Positions 12,743 to 24,889 of a DNA stretch of 64,000 nucleotides are shown here, in pieces (position 1 is the first letter of the stretch; every line of letters starts with the position of its first letter). The DNA is taken from the NCBI RefSeq assembly GCF_006345805.1, contig NC_042999.1, forward strand, positions 161,696,001-161,760,000, in the 5' to 3' direction. A model generated the notes under the pieces. That model was not told where the DNA came from, ran no database searches, and saw only the letters and a list, made by a program, of their open reading frames with translations. Origin of the DNA: Octopus sinensis. Its lineage: Eukaryota. A program made the translations under genes and the position numbers.

Positions 12743-13337
12743 AATACCTATTTCTTTATTACCCACAAGGGGCCAAACACAGAGCGGACAAACAAGGACA
12801 GACATAGGTATTAAGTCAATTACATCGACCCCAGTGCGTAACTGGTACTTAATTTATCGAACCCGAAAGGATGAAAGGCAAAGTCGACCTCGGCAGAATT
12901 TGAACTCACAACGTAACGGCAGACGAAATACTTATTTCTTTATTACCCACAAGGGGCCAAACACAGAGCGGACAAACAAGGACAGACATAGGTATTAAGT
13001 CGATTACATCGACCCCAGTGAGTAACTGGTACTTAATTTATCGACCCCAAAAGGCAAAGTCAACCTCGGCAGAATTTGAACTCAGAACGTTGTGACAGAC
13101 GAAATACCTATTTCTTTATTACCCACAAGGGGCCAAACACAGAGCGGACAAACAAGGACAGACATAGATATTAAGTCGATTACATCGACCCCAGTGCGTA
13201 ACTGGTACTTAATTTATCGACCCCGAATGGATGAAAGGCAAAGTCAACCACGGCGGAATTTGAACTCACAACGTAACGCAGACGAAATACCGCTAAGCAT
13301 TTCGCCCGGCGTGCTAACGTTTCTGCCAGCTCGCCGC
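12743..13337 (-). mobile_element. SINE family C: one head plus three tandem bodies
   Basis: Units start at 12743, 12927 and 13103; the head GGCGAGCTGGCAGAAACGTTAGC occurs only once; flanked by GCAATACC direct repeats. Confidence 0.9.
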
Positions 13338-16300
13338 AATACCACCACCACCACCACTATAAGCACAATCATCACCCCCAGCAGTGCAACTACTGCCAAA
13401 ACCATGTTCTTATCTTCAAACCTCTCACGGCAAGTTTGAGCATGACATAATTCCATCCTTCTTGTGGTTTTCTTTCTTGATAGAGAATTGTTGTTGTTGT
13501 CTCCAACTCATAATCTCTACTTAACCAACTTTTTCTTTCTTGCAAAATCAAAGTTTCCTGGCAACTAATAGCAACAAAGGATAAACATTCTCAGTGCATT
13601 GCAACATGTCGTTTAGCCCCGAGTCAGTCTTAACTGGACAGACTTATCCCAACCATGACTATTTCATCTTATATTTTCACTGTGTCATTTTTAATGGTAT
13701 ATCTGAGGGAGATCTGACTGTTGTTTCTAGTATGTCAAACGACTACTTAGAGGCTCCTTTTATCACAGTTTACTGAAATGTGAAAGCATTTTGTTCCTCA
13801 GTTAAAGAGGTTATCATGTTTAAGTAAACCTCATCTACCAGCACATGATTGCGGACCCAGCACTCCTTATGTCATAACAACAATCACACCTGATTGAGTT
13901 GACAGGGAATATGAAGCCTTATCTTCCAAACAGACTCAACAGTACATTACCTATTACAGATACTGGCACCGTTGCCATGCTAAAGGCACTTAACTTTCTG
14001 TGGTCTACTTCACTTACACATCAATAGTTACTATGGAGAAGTACACTTCATTGATGTACTCTAATAACCTAGCTGATTATCCACAGATCAGCCCAGTTCC
14101 AACCTATGATCAAAGATGTTCCAGCTACAATGGTCCTAGTTTACTTTTCTGTGCACGACCATACTATCCAATGTGCCCTTCATATTTTATGATCAGTTAG
14201 TGTCAACTAGTACATCAGTCCAGGGTCCAGAGAGCCAAAGAGATGGACTGTAACAATCTACTGCAACTTGCTCTGAAAATCAATTGAATTTTGAAAGGAC
14301 CCCACCCCATCCCAGGGCTTAAAAGCAGGTTTATTCCACCCTACCAAATTTTTCTAAGACGCTTAGAGTATGATTTAAGGCAGATTTGGTTGATAATTTC
14401 AGTAGATCAAGTAGATACTTTGTTTGCGAATCCTAGGTGTAGTGGAAATGTATGAAGGAAGGATAGAGTGGTGAACAAGACATAGTGTATGAGATGTAGT
14501 GCTAGGGTTTGTTGCATGGGTATAACATAAGAGTTTGACCATGGTGTGAGGTGTGTAATGTAATGCAGTCACATTCACTTCCTCAGCCTCAATTCTGAAA
14601 CCTGAGTGATAACACTTTTATATTCTCTCTCTATCTTTGTAAAGAAGGGCAAGTATCCAAGACATTAGATTATTTCGCCCCTCATGACATATCAAATCGG
14701 GGAACTCTTCTATAGATTTTTTTTTTAATACTGAACATCTCTAGTTTCTTCAGATTCTGAATGTTACCATATAGTCATCATCATCATCATTTAACATCTA
14801 TTTTCTAAGCTGGCATGGATTGGATGGTTTGACCAGAGCTGGTAAAGCCAGAGGCCACACCAGGTTCCATTGTCTGTTCCAGCATGGTTTCTATGGCTGG
14901 ATGCCCTTTGTAATACCAACCACTCCACAGAGTGTATTGAGTGCTTTATATGTGGTACCAGCATCAGTGATTTTAATGTGACACCAGCATCAGTGATTTT
15001 AATGTGACACCAGCATCAGTATCACTTCGGCTGCAGTGGATGGGTCTTCTTGAGTACAGCGAGGTACTAGATATCTTGGTCCTTTGTCTTTCCCTTTGTA
15101 AAGCTCAGTGTCTTGAGATCGGCCTTAGAATGAGTTTAGAATGGCAGCCAGTGTATGCTATGACAAGTACAATGTCTTCACAAAGAGACAGGAATTATTA
15201 GGGATGAAATGTGACAGTTAGGGACATAATGTAAACATTCAATATCAGAATCTACATATGTATGAGAATAAACTGACAAATTACTTTACATACATCTTTG
15301 TTTATTTGTTAATTATTTAAGAATATTTAAAAAACATCTAAAACTTAAATGTTTACAAAACCTTGAAGTATACATGGATGTCATGGCTTAACTCCGGTTT
15401 CATAGCATTTGATCTCTGGGGTTGATCATAAATTTCAACTTGTGTTTAAGAACTTTATAATCCACTGGATTACAGCAATGAATAATTCATTCTCATGTAA
15501 TATATTTTGGATGTGTAAGCTTGGTGAATTCTTTTTCTTTCTCATAAGTAATTCCTAGTAGGATTTGATTTAAAGACAGCAAACTAATGAAACAATTGTC
15601 AACTATATAATGTTTCCACTATTTACATTTGATCAAGGTATTTACTTATAGTTAAGTGACCTTTCCGTATAGTATTTAATTACTGAAGTTATACTGATTT
15701 CAGTATTCAGCTATTTTTACTAGGGATACCTGTTCATAGACAGGTGGACTGGATACAGCCATGAGTTATACTTACAGTCATGAGAGTTATGACAAGGAAT
15801 TCAGAGATCGATGACAAGGCTATATTGTACTACAGAATATGCCGATAGATTTTTAGCCAACTGCTTTCTCTATCCATCAAGATATTGTATATAAAGACAG
15901 TGCTTACATCTGTTGAATACATTCAGTGCTGACTGAAAATCTAGTTATATTCTGTAGTACAGTATAGCCTTCAAAGAACAAAACACTTTTAGCACACCTC
16001 TAATTTATTGATTTCAAATTTTGGCACAAGGTCAATTTTGTGGGAGGGAGAGGGTGATTAGATCAACCCTAGAGATCAACTGGTACTTATTTTATCGATC
16101 CCTAAAGGATGAAAGGTAATGTCAACCTCGGTTGAATTTGAACTCAGAGCATAAAGGCATACAAAATGCTGCTAAGCATTTTGCACAGCATGCTAATGAT
16201 TCTGCTAGCTTACCATCTTACACCACTACTTTATTAATTGAAGTAAATGAGAAGAATGGTGTTCTATTTAAAAATTAGTCTATCCTATTTACTAAATCCC

Positions 16301-16860
16301 TTAATAACTGTGGATTTATAAGCAGAGTCTTTACGGTCAGTTAAGGAGGATACTTGATCACTGATGGAATTTGGTACTTGGGTGATCTCTGTTTTCCCAT
16401 CCACAAAGATATAAAGAAAAACATCTTTATATCCATCTATATAAACTGTGCTGCTAAAGACAAGCAGGCAGGCAGAGAGACAGACAGATAGGTATCAAAG
16501 TGCATGCTATAGCAATTCAGTTAGAACTCCATATGCTTTATTATAGTTTGAAACATGCTTATGCATGCATACACACACATGTACAGGCATGGATAGGCAC
16601 TTCAAGCAAGTGTCTTCTACAAAAGCACAGGGTCAACTAAACCCAAGGGTATAGATTTAGTACACTGAAACTGAAAGAAGCCCACCAGGCCAGTCACATT
16701 TGTCTATCCTCTCCCCTTCATCAGTTAAGAATTTCCATTTTACCTTTGGCCCAGCCTACTATGTTCATCTGACAGTTGAAAGATCCTTTCTGTTATCTAT
16801 TTATGTTGTAACTGTACAATCATTTTCCTTACATTGTATAGCCAAAAGGCCTTTGTCCTT

Positions 16861-17257
16861 TTTCTCTTTTACTCATTTCAGTCATTTGACTGCGGCCATG
16901 CTGGAGCACCGCCTTTAATTGAGCAACTTGACCCCGGGACTTATTCTTTGTAAGCCCAGTACTTGTTCTATCGGTCTCTTTTTGCCAAACTGCTAAGTGA
17001 TGGGGACAGAAACACACCAGCATCGGTTGTCAAGCAATGCTAGGGGGACAAACACACAAACACACACACATACATATATATATATACATATATACGACGG
17101 GATTCTTTCAGTTTCCGTCTACCAAATCCACCCACAAGGCTTTGGTCGGCCCAAGGCTATAGTAGAAGACACTTTCCCAAGGTGCCACGCAGTGGGACTG
17201 AACCCAGAACCATGTGGTTGGTAAGCAAGCTACTTACCACACAGCCACTCCTGCGCC
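16861..17257 (-). mobile_element. SINE family A, full length
   Basis: Homologous to the other copies. Confidence 0.92.
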
Positions 17258-17789
17258 ATTGTATAAGTACAATTTATTTTCTGTTGCATTTGCTTTATCA
17301 TTTCATCACGTTACATTCATGTAAGACTCCTCTCTGTTATTTATTTATTTGTATTTGTAAAGGTTCAATTATTTCCCTTCTGTTGTATAACCAAAGGTAT
17401 TCATCAGTTGTACATGTTTAATTCTAGCTTTCTTGTTTTTGTTTTCATTCTTGTATACATTCGTTTGATTTTCCCAGAAGCTTAATGCCTTTAGCTTAAG
17501 TTTCGGGTACTCGCTGGATTTGAGTGATCTCTGTGGTACAAAAGTGTGAAACTGCTAGAACTTTCCGGACACTGACTGACAAGGAAATCAGCTGCAAATT
17601 GTCCAAGTATCTTGTTTTTGTCCTGTTCATTGTTTGTTGTTACCGTCTATTTTTCTGCATGTTGTGTTTTGTTGGATTTCCACAGGTATCACAACTACAA
17701 TTTCAATTTGATTTTTATTTGATGTTGATGGTGATGTACTTGACTCAATAGGTCTCCTCAAGCACAGCAGGTCGCCCTACAATCCAAAG

Positions 17790-18300
17790 TAAGCACAGTA
17801 GGCCGTCCTGTGATCCAAGGTACTTTGGATGGGCTGGGGCTGCTATGTGAAGCTGGTGCAGGAAACAGCTATGAACTCACATTATTTGCTGGTGCAGGAA
17901 ACAGCTATGAACTCACATTATTTGCTGGTGCAGGAAACAGCCAGGGACTCACATTATTTGTCAGATCTTCGCAGTCACAGCATATCTCCAGAGATCTCGG
18001 TCTTGCGTCATTGCCTCTGTGAGGTCCAACGTTTGAAGGTCATGCTCATCCCATGTCTTCCTGGGTCTACCTCTACCCCGGATTCCTTCAACTGTTTGGG
18101 AGTGGCAATTCTCAAAAATCTCTCCTCATCCATCCGTAGTACATGACCATTCCAGCACAAACGTCTCTCTTGCACACCGCATCCAATGCTTCTTATGTCC
18201 AGCATTTCTCTCAGGGTGCTTACACTCTGTTGTGTGTGCACACTGATATTACACATCCAGCAGATCATGCTAGCTTCATTTCTTTCAAGCCTACACATGT
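17790..18300 (-). mobile_element. RTE LINE 3' fragment with a 3 x 36-bp tandem repeat in its UTR
   Basis: ERNEASMICWMCNISV...RRLCWNGHVLRMDEE. Repeat GCTGGTGCAGGAAACAGCTATGAACTCACATTATTT at 17852, 17888 and 17924. Confidence 0.8.
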
Positions 18301-19055
18301 CCATATATATATATATATATAAATATATATGTAATATAACATGTGACAAATAATTGTCACATATTACAGATAAATTCCTCTATTTACATATCGCGGTCTC
18401 TTTCATTCTTTTGTTGTCTTACCATTATTATCAATACATATATATATGTGTATGTATGTGTCTGTGTTTGTCCCCCAAAATCGCTTGACAACTGATGCTG
18501 GTACATTTACGTCCCCACAACTTAGCAGTTCGGCAAAAGACATCAATAGAATAAGTACTAAGCTTACAATGTGTAAGACCTGTAGTGCTCCAGCATGGCT
18601 GCAGTCAAATGACTGAAACAAAAGAATACAAGAAAAGAAGATATATATATATATATATATATAATATATATATATATATGTATATATATACACACAAGCA
18701 CTATGGCCCGGCATTGCCGGGTCATAGTGCTAGTGCATGCATATACAGCTGCGTGCGTGCACACATACATGCGAGTACTGTCTAAATCTCTGACCAATCA
18801 CATACAGCTAGCTGGCATTCAATTGGTGTATTAGGTTTCAGGCATTTTGATTGGGTTTTGGATAGAAAATTCACAAAAAGTCACTTCTATTGATCTTTTA
18901 ATGGCTTTGCGGTGTGACTGGGGAAATGTAAAGATGTGCACGACCACCCTTGGACAGTTTTGAATGACCATAGAAAGTGTGAGCCTTCTAACTGAAAAAT
19001 TGTGGATTTGTATAAAGTACACACAAATTTTGCTGTTTATATATATAGAGAGATA

Positions 19056-20147
19056 GGCGCAGGAGTGGGTGTGTGGTAAGTAGCTTCCTTACCAACCACA
19101 TGGTTCTGGGTTCATTCCCACTGCGTGGAAACTTGGGCAAGTGTCTTCTACTATAGCCTCGGGCCGACCAAAGCCTTGTGAGTGTATTTGATAGACGGAT
19201 ATATATATATATATACTAGCAGTATCGCCCGGCGTTGCTCGGGTTTGTTTCGACCCGCTGGAATTGTAATTTTGAAAAGTAAAAATTTTGTGAACATTTT
19301 TCTGGTCGAAATACACCGAAAAGTGGCGACACAGCAGTGAAAAAATCGTAAAAAATAGGGATTTTCATAGAAAAAAGCATCTTTTTGATGTAAATAATTT
19401 TTGGTGTTAACATGGTCCGATTTGAATTTTATGTTCTACGGAAGGAAGAGCAACCCTTCTTCTACCATACTCTTAATATTAATATTTTTTGAACAAAGTA
19501 AATAATTTTTAAAACTTAAATAATAATTTTTTTTACACAAACGCGAACGGGGAAAAGGGGGTGGCGAATTCGATTTACATACCTAAATTTTTTCTTTTTC
19601 ATGACATTGTAGCAAAATAGTAGTGAATTATATAAATACCAGCAGTACATTTTTTTTTCTGGGGTATTTTTTTTCAACCTCGTCACATATTTGCCCCTTT
19701 CAATTTAAACAAAGTCTTAATTAAGCAATTACGGCAGCTTAGCAATGGTTTCAATACAGGCGTGACATGTGTATCTCAATTGTTCAAAACCCTTCGAATT
19801 TTTTCGCACGTGATGATATCATAGTGAAAACTTTCAATTACGCGTGCTTAGAAGTACGCTCGCAAATTAATACGACCAAAATTTTGAAGTTCGCACTCCG
19901 CTTGTGTGTGTGTGTGTGCGTGCTTTAGGTGTACGTAGGTATGTGTTTTTGTGTGTGTGTGTCACTGAAGCCATACATACATATATACATACATAACCTC
20001 TCTCTCTCTTTTCTCTCTCAGTCACTCACTACAAAAAGTGAATAAAAAAAGTTCAGTTATTTCTGTCTTTCACTCTGTCTGTCTCTTTACACACACTAAC
20101 AAAAGCACTTCACTTACACACCACACTTTCTGTGTCGCACAACCCAT

Positions 20148-20190
<43 letters not shown>

Positions 20191-20766
20191 GCACGCACAC
20201 ATGTACATCAATGCTTTCGGAGTGAAATGTTAAAATATTGAGTTTTCTCGAATTTTGTCTTAATTGGGGGTGAAATTGAAAGAAATATATTATGGCATGA
20301 GCGAATGGAGTACTTTGAAAAATCTTAGGTAAATTCTAATTGAAGAAATTGTGTGAGGAGTAAATCGTTATGTATTTATTTGTTTCTGTTTGCTGTGTTT
20401 TTTTATTTTTGGAGTAGTGGTTTAAATACTTTCAGTTTAGTCTTCCTCAAATCACTCTGTCGCTATTTATTTTCATTTTATTCGTTGCACACTGTGTGTG
20501 TGCGTGTGCGTGTGGTGTAAACCACATTAAGAAAAGCATTTGACATACACACCAGAATGTGAGTTTTCTGTAAATTTTGCTTAATTGGAGTTTAAATTTT
20601 AAAAACTGGACCTGGCATGACCCGATGCATTCTACTCTTAAAAATGCTAGGTAAATTGTAATTGAAGAAATCCTATATTGTAGATTTCTATAAGTTACAA
20701 AGGGAGGCAGATAAAATCTGCCTTTTATAATAAGAGATATACATATATATATACATATATATATAC

Positions 20767-20811
<45 letters not shown>

Positions 20812-21058
20812 TATATATATGCATGTGTATGTATATGTTTGTGTGTCTGTGTTTGTCCCCCCCCCCAACATCGCTTGACAACCAATGGTGGTGTGTTTAC
20901 CTCCCCATAACTTAGCGCTTCAGCAAAAGAGACCGATAGTATAAGTACTACGCTTACAAAGAATAAGTCCTGGTGTCGATTTGCTTGACTAAAGGTGGTG
21001 CTCCAGCATGGCCGCAGTCAAATGACTGAAACAAGTAAAAGAGAATAAAAGAGAATAT
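19056..21058 (+). mobile_element. SINE family A split by a Helitron (19056-19198 and ~20821-21058)
   Basis: 5' and 3' halves flank the 19216-20737 Helitron at the internal (TA)n. Confidence 0.8.
19216..20737 (-). mobile_element. Non-autonomous Helitron (long type) nested in a SINE microsatellite
   Basis: Minus 5' TCTCTTATTATAAAAGGCAGATTTTATCTGCC; 3' CCCGAGCAACGCCGGGCGATACTGCTAG. Splits a SINE A copy. Confidence 0.85.
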
Positions 21059-21072
21059 ATATATATAAATAT

Positions 21073-21819
21073 AATTTAAAAATAGGATAAAATCTCTATA
21101 AGAATTTATCAAGTAGTCAGCATGAAAAACCTCATAGGAGAAAAAATCCACCAATTTTTTCACTTAAATATATTTATATTATATTATATAGGGGGCATTA
21201 CTACACATAAATGCCACACGCTAGGAGGGACTCTTAAAGTTAAAACTACTAAAATAAATAAACACATCGTACTGAATGCAACTCTCAAAGCAAGTCATTT
21301 AAAAACAGAATTTAGCTGCAGATCACTGTGATTTCATGATCTGTGCAGTGGTGCACTCTTTACTCATCAGCGCAAGCATAATTCAAGATTTATAATGAAT
21401 GAACAAAATCAACATACCAGATGAACAACCATCGTATCCAACGTAGTATATAGAAATGTTCACCCCTTATACATCTATGTAAATGGCGGGCTTTTTGAAT
21501 TGCATTTCGGTAACAACGTGCTTATTTGGAGCAAAAATTCAGTACTGAATATTCTCCGGTTAAATTTACAATTTAAAAATAGGATAAAATCTTTATAAGA
21601 ATTTATCACGTAGTCAGCATGAAAAACCTCATAAGAGAAAAAATACACCAATTTCTTCACTTAAATGTATTTATTTATATTATACAGAGGGCATTACTAC
21701 ACATAAATGCTTAAGTTGCATTCGGGACATTGTTTATTTATTTTAGTAGTTTTGACTTTAAGAGTCCCTTCTAGCGTGTGGCATTTATGTGTAGTAATGC
21801 CCTCTATATAATATAAATA
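21073..21819 (-). mobile_element. Non-autonomous Penelope-like unit: 497-bp period, partial tandem plus terminal inversion
   Basis: Direct repeats at 21073-21214 and 21570-21710; inverted copy of ~21176-21283 at 21714-21819; hammerhead inside; (TA)n flanks. Confidence 0.6.
21315..21377 (-). ncRNA. Type I hammerhead ribozyme motif with intact catalytic core
   Basis: Minus strand: GCTTGCG CTGATGA GTAA AGA GTGCA CCAC TGCAC AGA TCAT GAA ATCAC A GTGAT C TGCAGC. Shows CUGAUGA, stem II, GAAA, palindromic stem III, an AUC cleavage triplet and stem I. Confidence 0.75.
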
Positions 21820-21830
21820 TATATATATAT

Positions 21831-22052
21831 ATTTCTTTACTACCCACAAGGGGCTAAACATAGAGGGGACAAACAAGGACAAAGGGATTGAGTCGATTAC
21901 ATCGACCCAGTGCGTAACTGGTACTTTATTTATTGACCCTGAGAGGATGAAAGGCAAAGTCGACCTCGGTGGAATTTGAACTCACAACGTAACGACAGAC
22001 GAAATACAGCAACGCATTTCGCCCGGCACGCTAACGTTTCTGCCAGCTCACC
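21831..22052 (-). mobile_element. SINE family C
   Basis: Core GACTTTGCCTTTCATCC...GGGTCRATAAA..AAGTACCAG. Confidence 0.88.
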
Positions 22053-22851
22053 ATATATATATATGGTGGGCTTCTTTTTTTTTCAGGGCTTTACTCCAAA
22101 ATGGAAACGTATATCGATTTTTCCATGTGATGGGCTTAAATAGTTGTGATTTTTGTTAACATGAAACCAATGGTAGCCTTAATACACAAAAAATCTTTAT
22201 CCACCAGTGCAGTATCGAACATTCATTCTCATTGTTCGATATTTATGTATAAGCATGTATGTATGTATGTCACTCACTTGCTGGTAACCGATCCTGTACA
22301 GTCATTTCACATGCTAGAAATAGCAGGGTTCATATGGGTATGTTGTAAGGCCTACAGCATATCAAAAACAGTTGTGTCAACCAATTCATCTCTGATTTTT
22401 TTTTCTTTCAAATTATGCCCATATGTTTATGTTTTACTTATTTCAGTCACTGGACTGTGACCATGCTGGGGCACCACCTTTTAGCTGAACAAATCAACCT
22501 CAGTACTTATTTTTTTAAAAGACTGGCACTTATTCCATCATTTACTTTATACTAAACTACAAAAGTATTGGAGACATAAACTAACACCAGTTGTCAAATA
22601 GTGGTGGCAGACAAACACACACACATACTGTTATACGAGGGGATGGTCATATTTTGCCACAGCTTTAATATTATTATTTTTGTTTCTTTACCAAAGCTCT
22701 TTCATCGCAGAGCCTGTGCCCTTTTCAACGACTCTTTATCCCATCTTCTTTTGCTTTATCCATCCATGAAAGAGCATTAACAAAGAAACAATAACAACAA
22801 AGCTGAACTAAAGACCAAGCATTAAGTGCTTGTGTTTAATCAACAAAATAT

Positions 22852-23236
22852 AAGTAGCTTGTTTACCAACCACATGGTTCCGGGTTCAATCCCACTGCAT
22901 GGCACCTTGGGCAAGTGTCTTCTACTATAGCCTCGGGCTGACCAAAGCCTTGTGAGTGGATTTGGTAGACAGAAACTGAAAAGAAGCCCATCGTATATAT
23001 GTATATATATATGTGTGTGTGTGTGTTTGTGTGTCTGTGTTTGTCCCCCTAGCATTGCTTGACACCCGATGCTGGTGTGTTTATATCCCCGTTACTTAGC
23101 GGTTCGGCAAAAAGAGACCGATAGAATAAGTACTGGGCTTACATAGAATAAGTCCCGGGGTCGAGTTGCTCGATTAAAGGCGGTGCTCCAGCATGGCCAC
23201 AGTCAAATGACTGAAACAAGTAAAAGAGTAAAGAGT
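22852..23236 (+). mobile_element. SINE family A, slightly 5'-truncated
   Basis: Homologous to the other copies. Confidence 0.9.
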
Positions 23237-23328
23237 ATATAGGGAGAATTCACAAAAAAACAAAAGACGAAGACAGGTGGTGTAGACAACAAATAGATGT
23301 ATTAGTATAATGCTCGGGAAGTGAAAAA

Positions 23329-23368
23329 GTCTTTCACGTTTCAAGCCTATGCTCTTCCACAGAAAGAC
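23329..23368 (-). ncRNA. Hammerhead-like motif with variant core
   Basis: Minus strand: GTCTTT CTGTGGA A GAGC ATAG GCTT GAAAC GT G AAAGAC. Has a 6-bp stem I and 4-bp stem II, but A6U in the core and G at position 17. Confidence 0.4.
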
Positions 23369-23455
23369 ACAAGGAGAGAAAATACAGAATGTGTAGTGGC
23401 TAGCAATCTATCATGGCAAATATATATATGTATGTATGTATGTATGTATATAAAT

Positions 23456-23493
<38 letters not shown>

Positions 23494-24281
23494 ATCATAA
23501 TTTAACATCCATTTATCGATTGGGCTGAGCACTTTTTACATGGTACCAGCACCAGTGCAGTCTGTTTTTTGGCATGGCTTTTACGACTGGATGCCCTTCC
23601 TAATGCCAACCACTTTACAATGTGGATTGGATGCTTTTTATGTGACACCAGCACTGGCAGAGTCACCAAGTAACTTGCAAGACAGATTCTTTGAGAGGAA
23701 GAGAACACTGGAGAAGGTTTTGTGCCCAGTGATGAGAGAGGGACAGAAACAGGTGTCTTGCCGTAGAGGAGATGCATGGTTACCTCAGAGAAAGAGAGAG
23801 ATCGATCAAGAATGAGAGAGGCATATTCTCAAAGTACGGGGATGAGAATACAAATTGGATGTTAGAGCATTGGTCAGGGTACACGAGTAGGGAGTTCACG
23901 TGAATGCAAAGAGAAGGGAAAGGGAAGAATGCCATGACTGGTGAAAGCTGGGTATATGGAAAAGGAACGTGGGTGGAATACACAACATTTCCAGTACTCA
24001 GTTTCGCTGTGTTGGGTGCGTCTTTTCAAGAACCTCATATTGCCAGACATCTCAGTCCATTGTCATCCTCTCTGTGAGGCCCAACAGCCTGAGATCGGTC
24101 CTCATTACTTCATCCCATATCTTCCTGGGTCTTCCTCTTTCACAGCTGCCATCTACTTTAAGCAATCTTGCTGTATCCATCCATTAGACACTGCATTAAT
24201 ATTTCATCAAAGATTTCACCTCCAGAACCCCTCTTAATCATCCCTGATTTTTTCTTTCTCTCAACCATTTCTTTACTGGGA

Positions 24282-24666
24282 TGGAAGCACTCCGTCGGTT
24301 ACGACGATGAGGGTTCCGGTTGATCCGAATCAACAGAACAGCCTGCTCGTGAAATTAACGTGTAAGTGGCTGAGCACTCCACAGACACGTGTACCCTTAA
24401 CGTAGTTCTCGGGGATATTCAGCGTGACACAGAGAGTGACAAGGCCGGCCCCTTGAAATACAGGTACAACAGAAACAGGAAGTAAGAGTGAGAGAAAGTT
24501 GTGGTGAAAGAATACAGCAGGGATCACCACCACCCCCTGCCGGAGCCTCGTGGAGCTTTTAGGTGTTTTCGCTCAATAAACACTCACAACGCCCGGTCTG
24601 GGAATCGAAACCGCGATCCTATGACCGCGAGTCCGCTGCCCTAACCACTGGGCTATTGCGCCTCCA
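24282..24666 (-). mobile_element. tRNA-derived SINE family B
   Basis: Minus head TGGAGGCGCAATAGCCCAGTGGTTAGGGCAG...GGTTTCGATTCCC (A/B boxes); 3' end GGAGTGCTTCCA. Confidence 0.9.
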
Positions 24667-24874
24667 CTATTTCTTTACTACATAACCCCCCCCCCCTCCC
24701 AATCATACAGGCCGTTAAAAAAAAAAAAGATCACGTCACTTTCCTTTTAAAAATTATAGAAAAATAATTACTTGCTTACTAACACGCTCGCTCTTTATTA
24801 GATTCATTGACAATTATTTACACGCATTAAATCCTTCGTCATTCCGTCAATATTTTATTCTGAATACGTTTACT

Positions 24875-24889
24875 GTTACCCTTAGCAAC
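24875..24889. promoter_or_regulatory. RFX-type X-box, candidate promoter element of the TTC16-like gene
   Basis: GTTACCCTTAGCAAC fits GTNRCC-N3-RGYAAC. It is followed by CATGGCG (24898-24904) in a unique, relatively CpG-retaining stretch upstream of the first coding exon. Confidence 0.5.

Noticed and set aside
17859-17910. 16-nt match to the M13 reverse primer (CAGGAAACAGCTATGA), twice
   Set aside because: Flanks are not lacZ/pUC sequence, and the match lies inside a 36-bp tandem unit of a LINE 3' UTR whose third copy diverges. Coincidence, not vector contamination.
17852-17959. 3 x 36-bp repeats of CRISPR-like length
   Set aside because: Units are contiguous with no spacers, there are no cas genes, and the context is eukaryotic.
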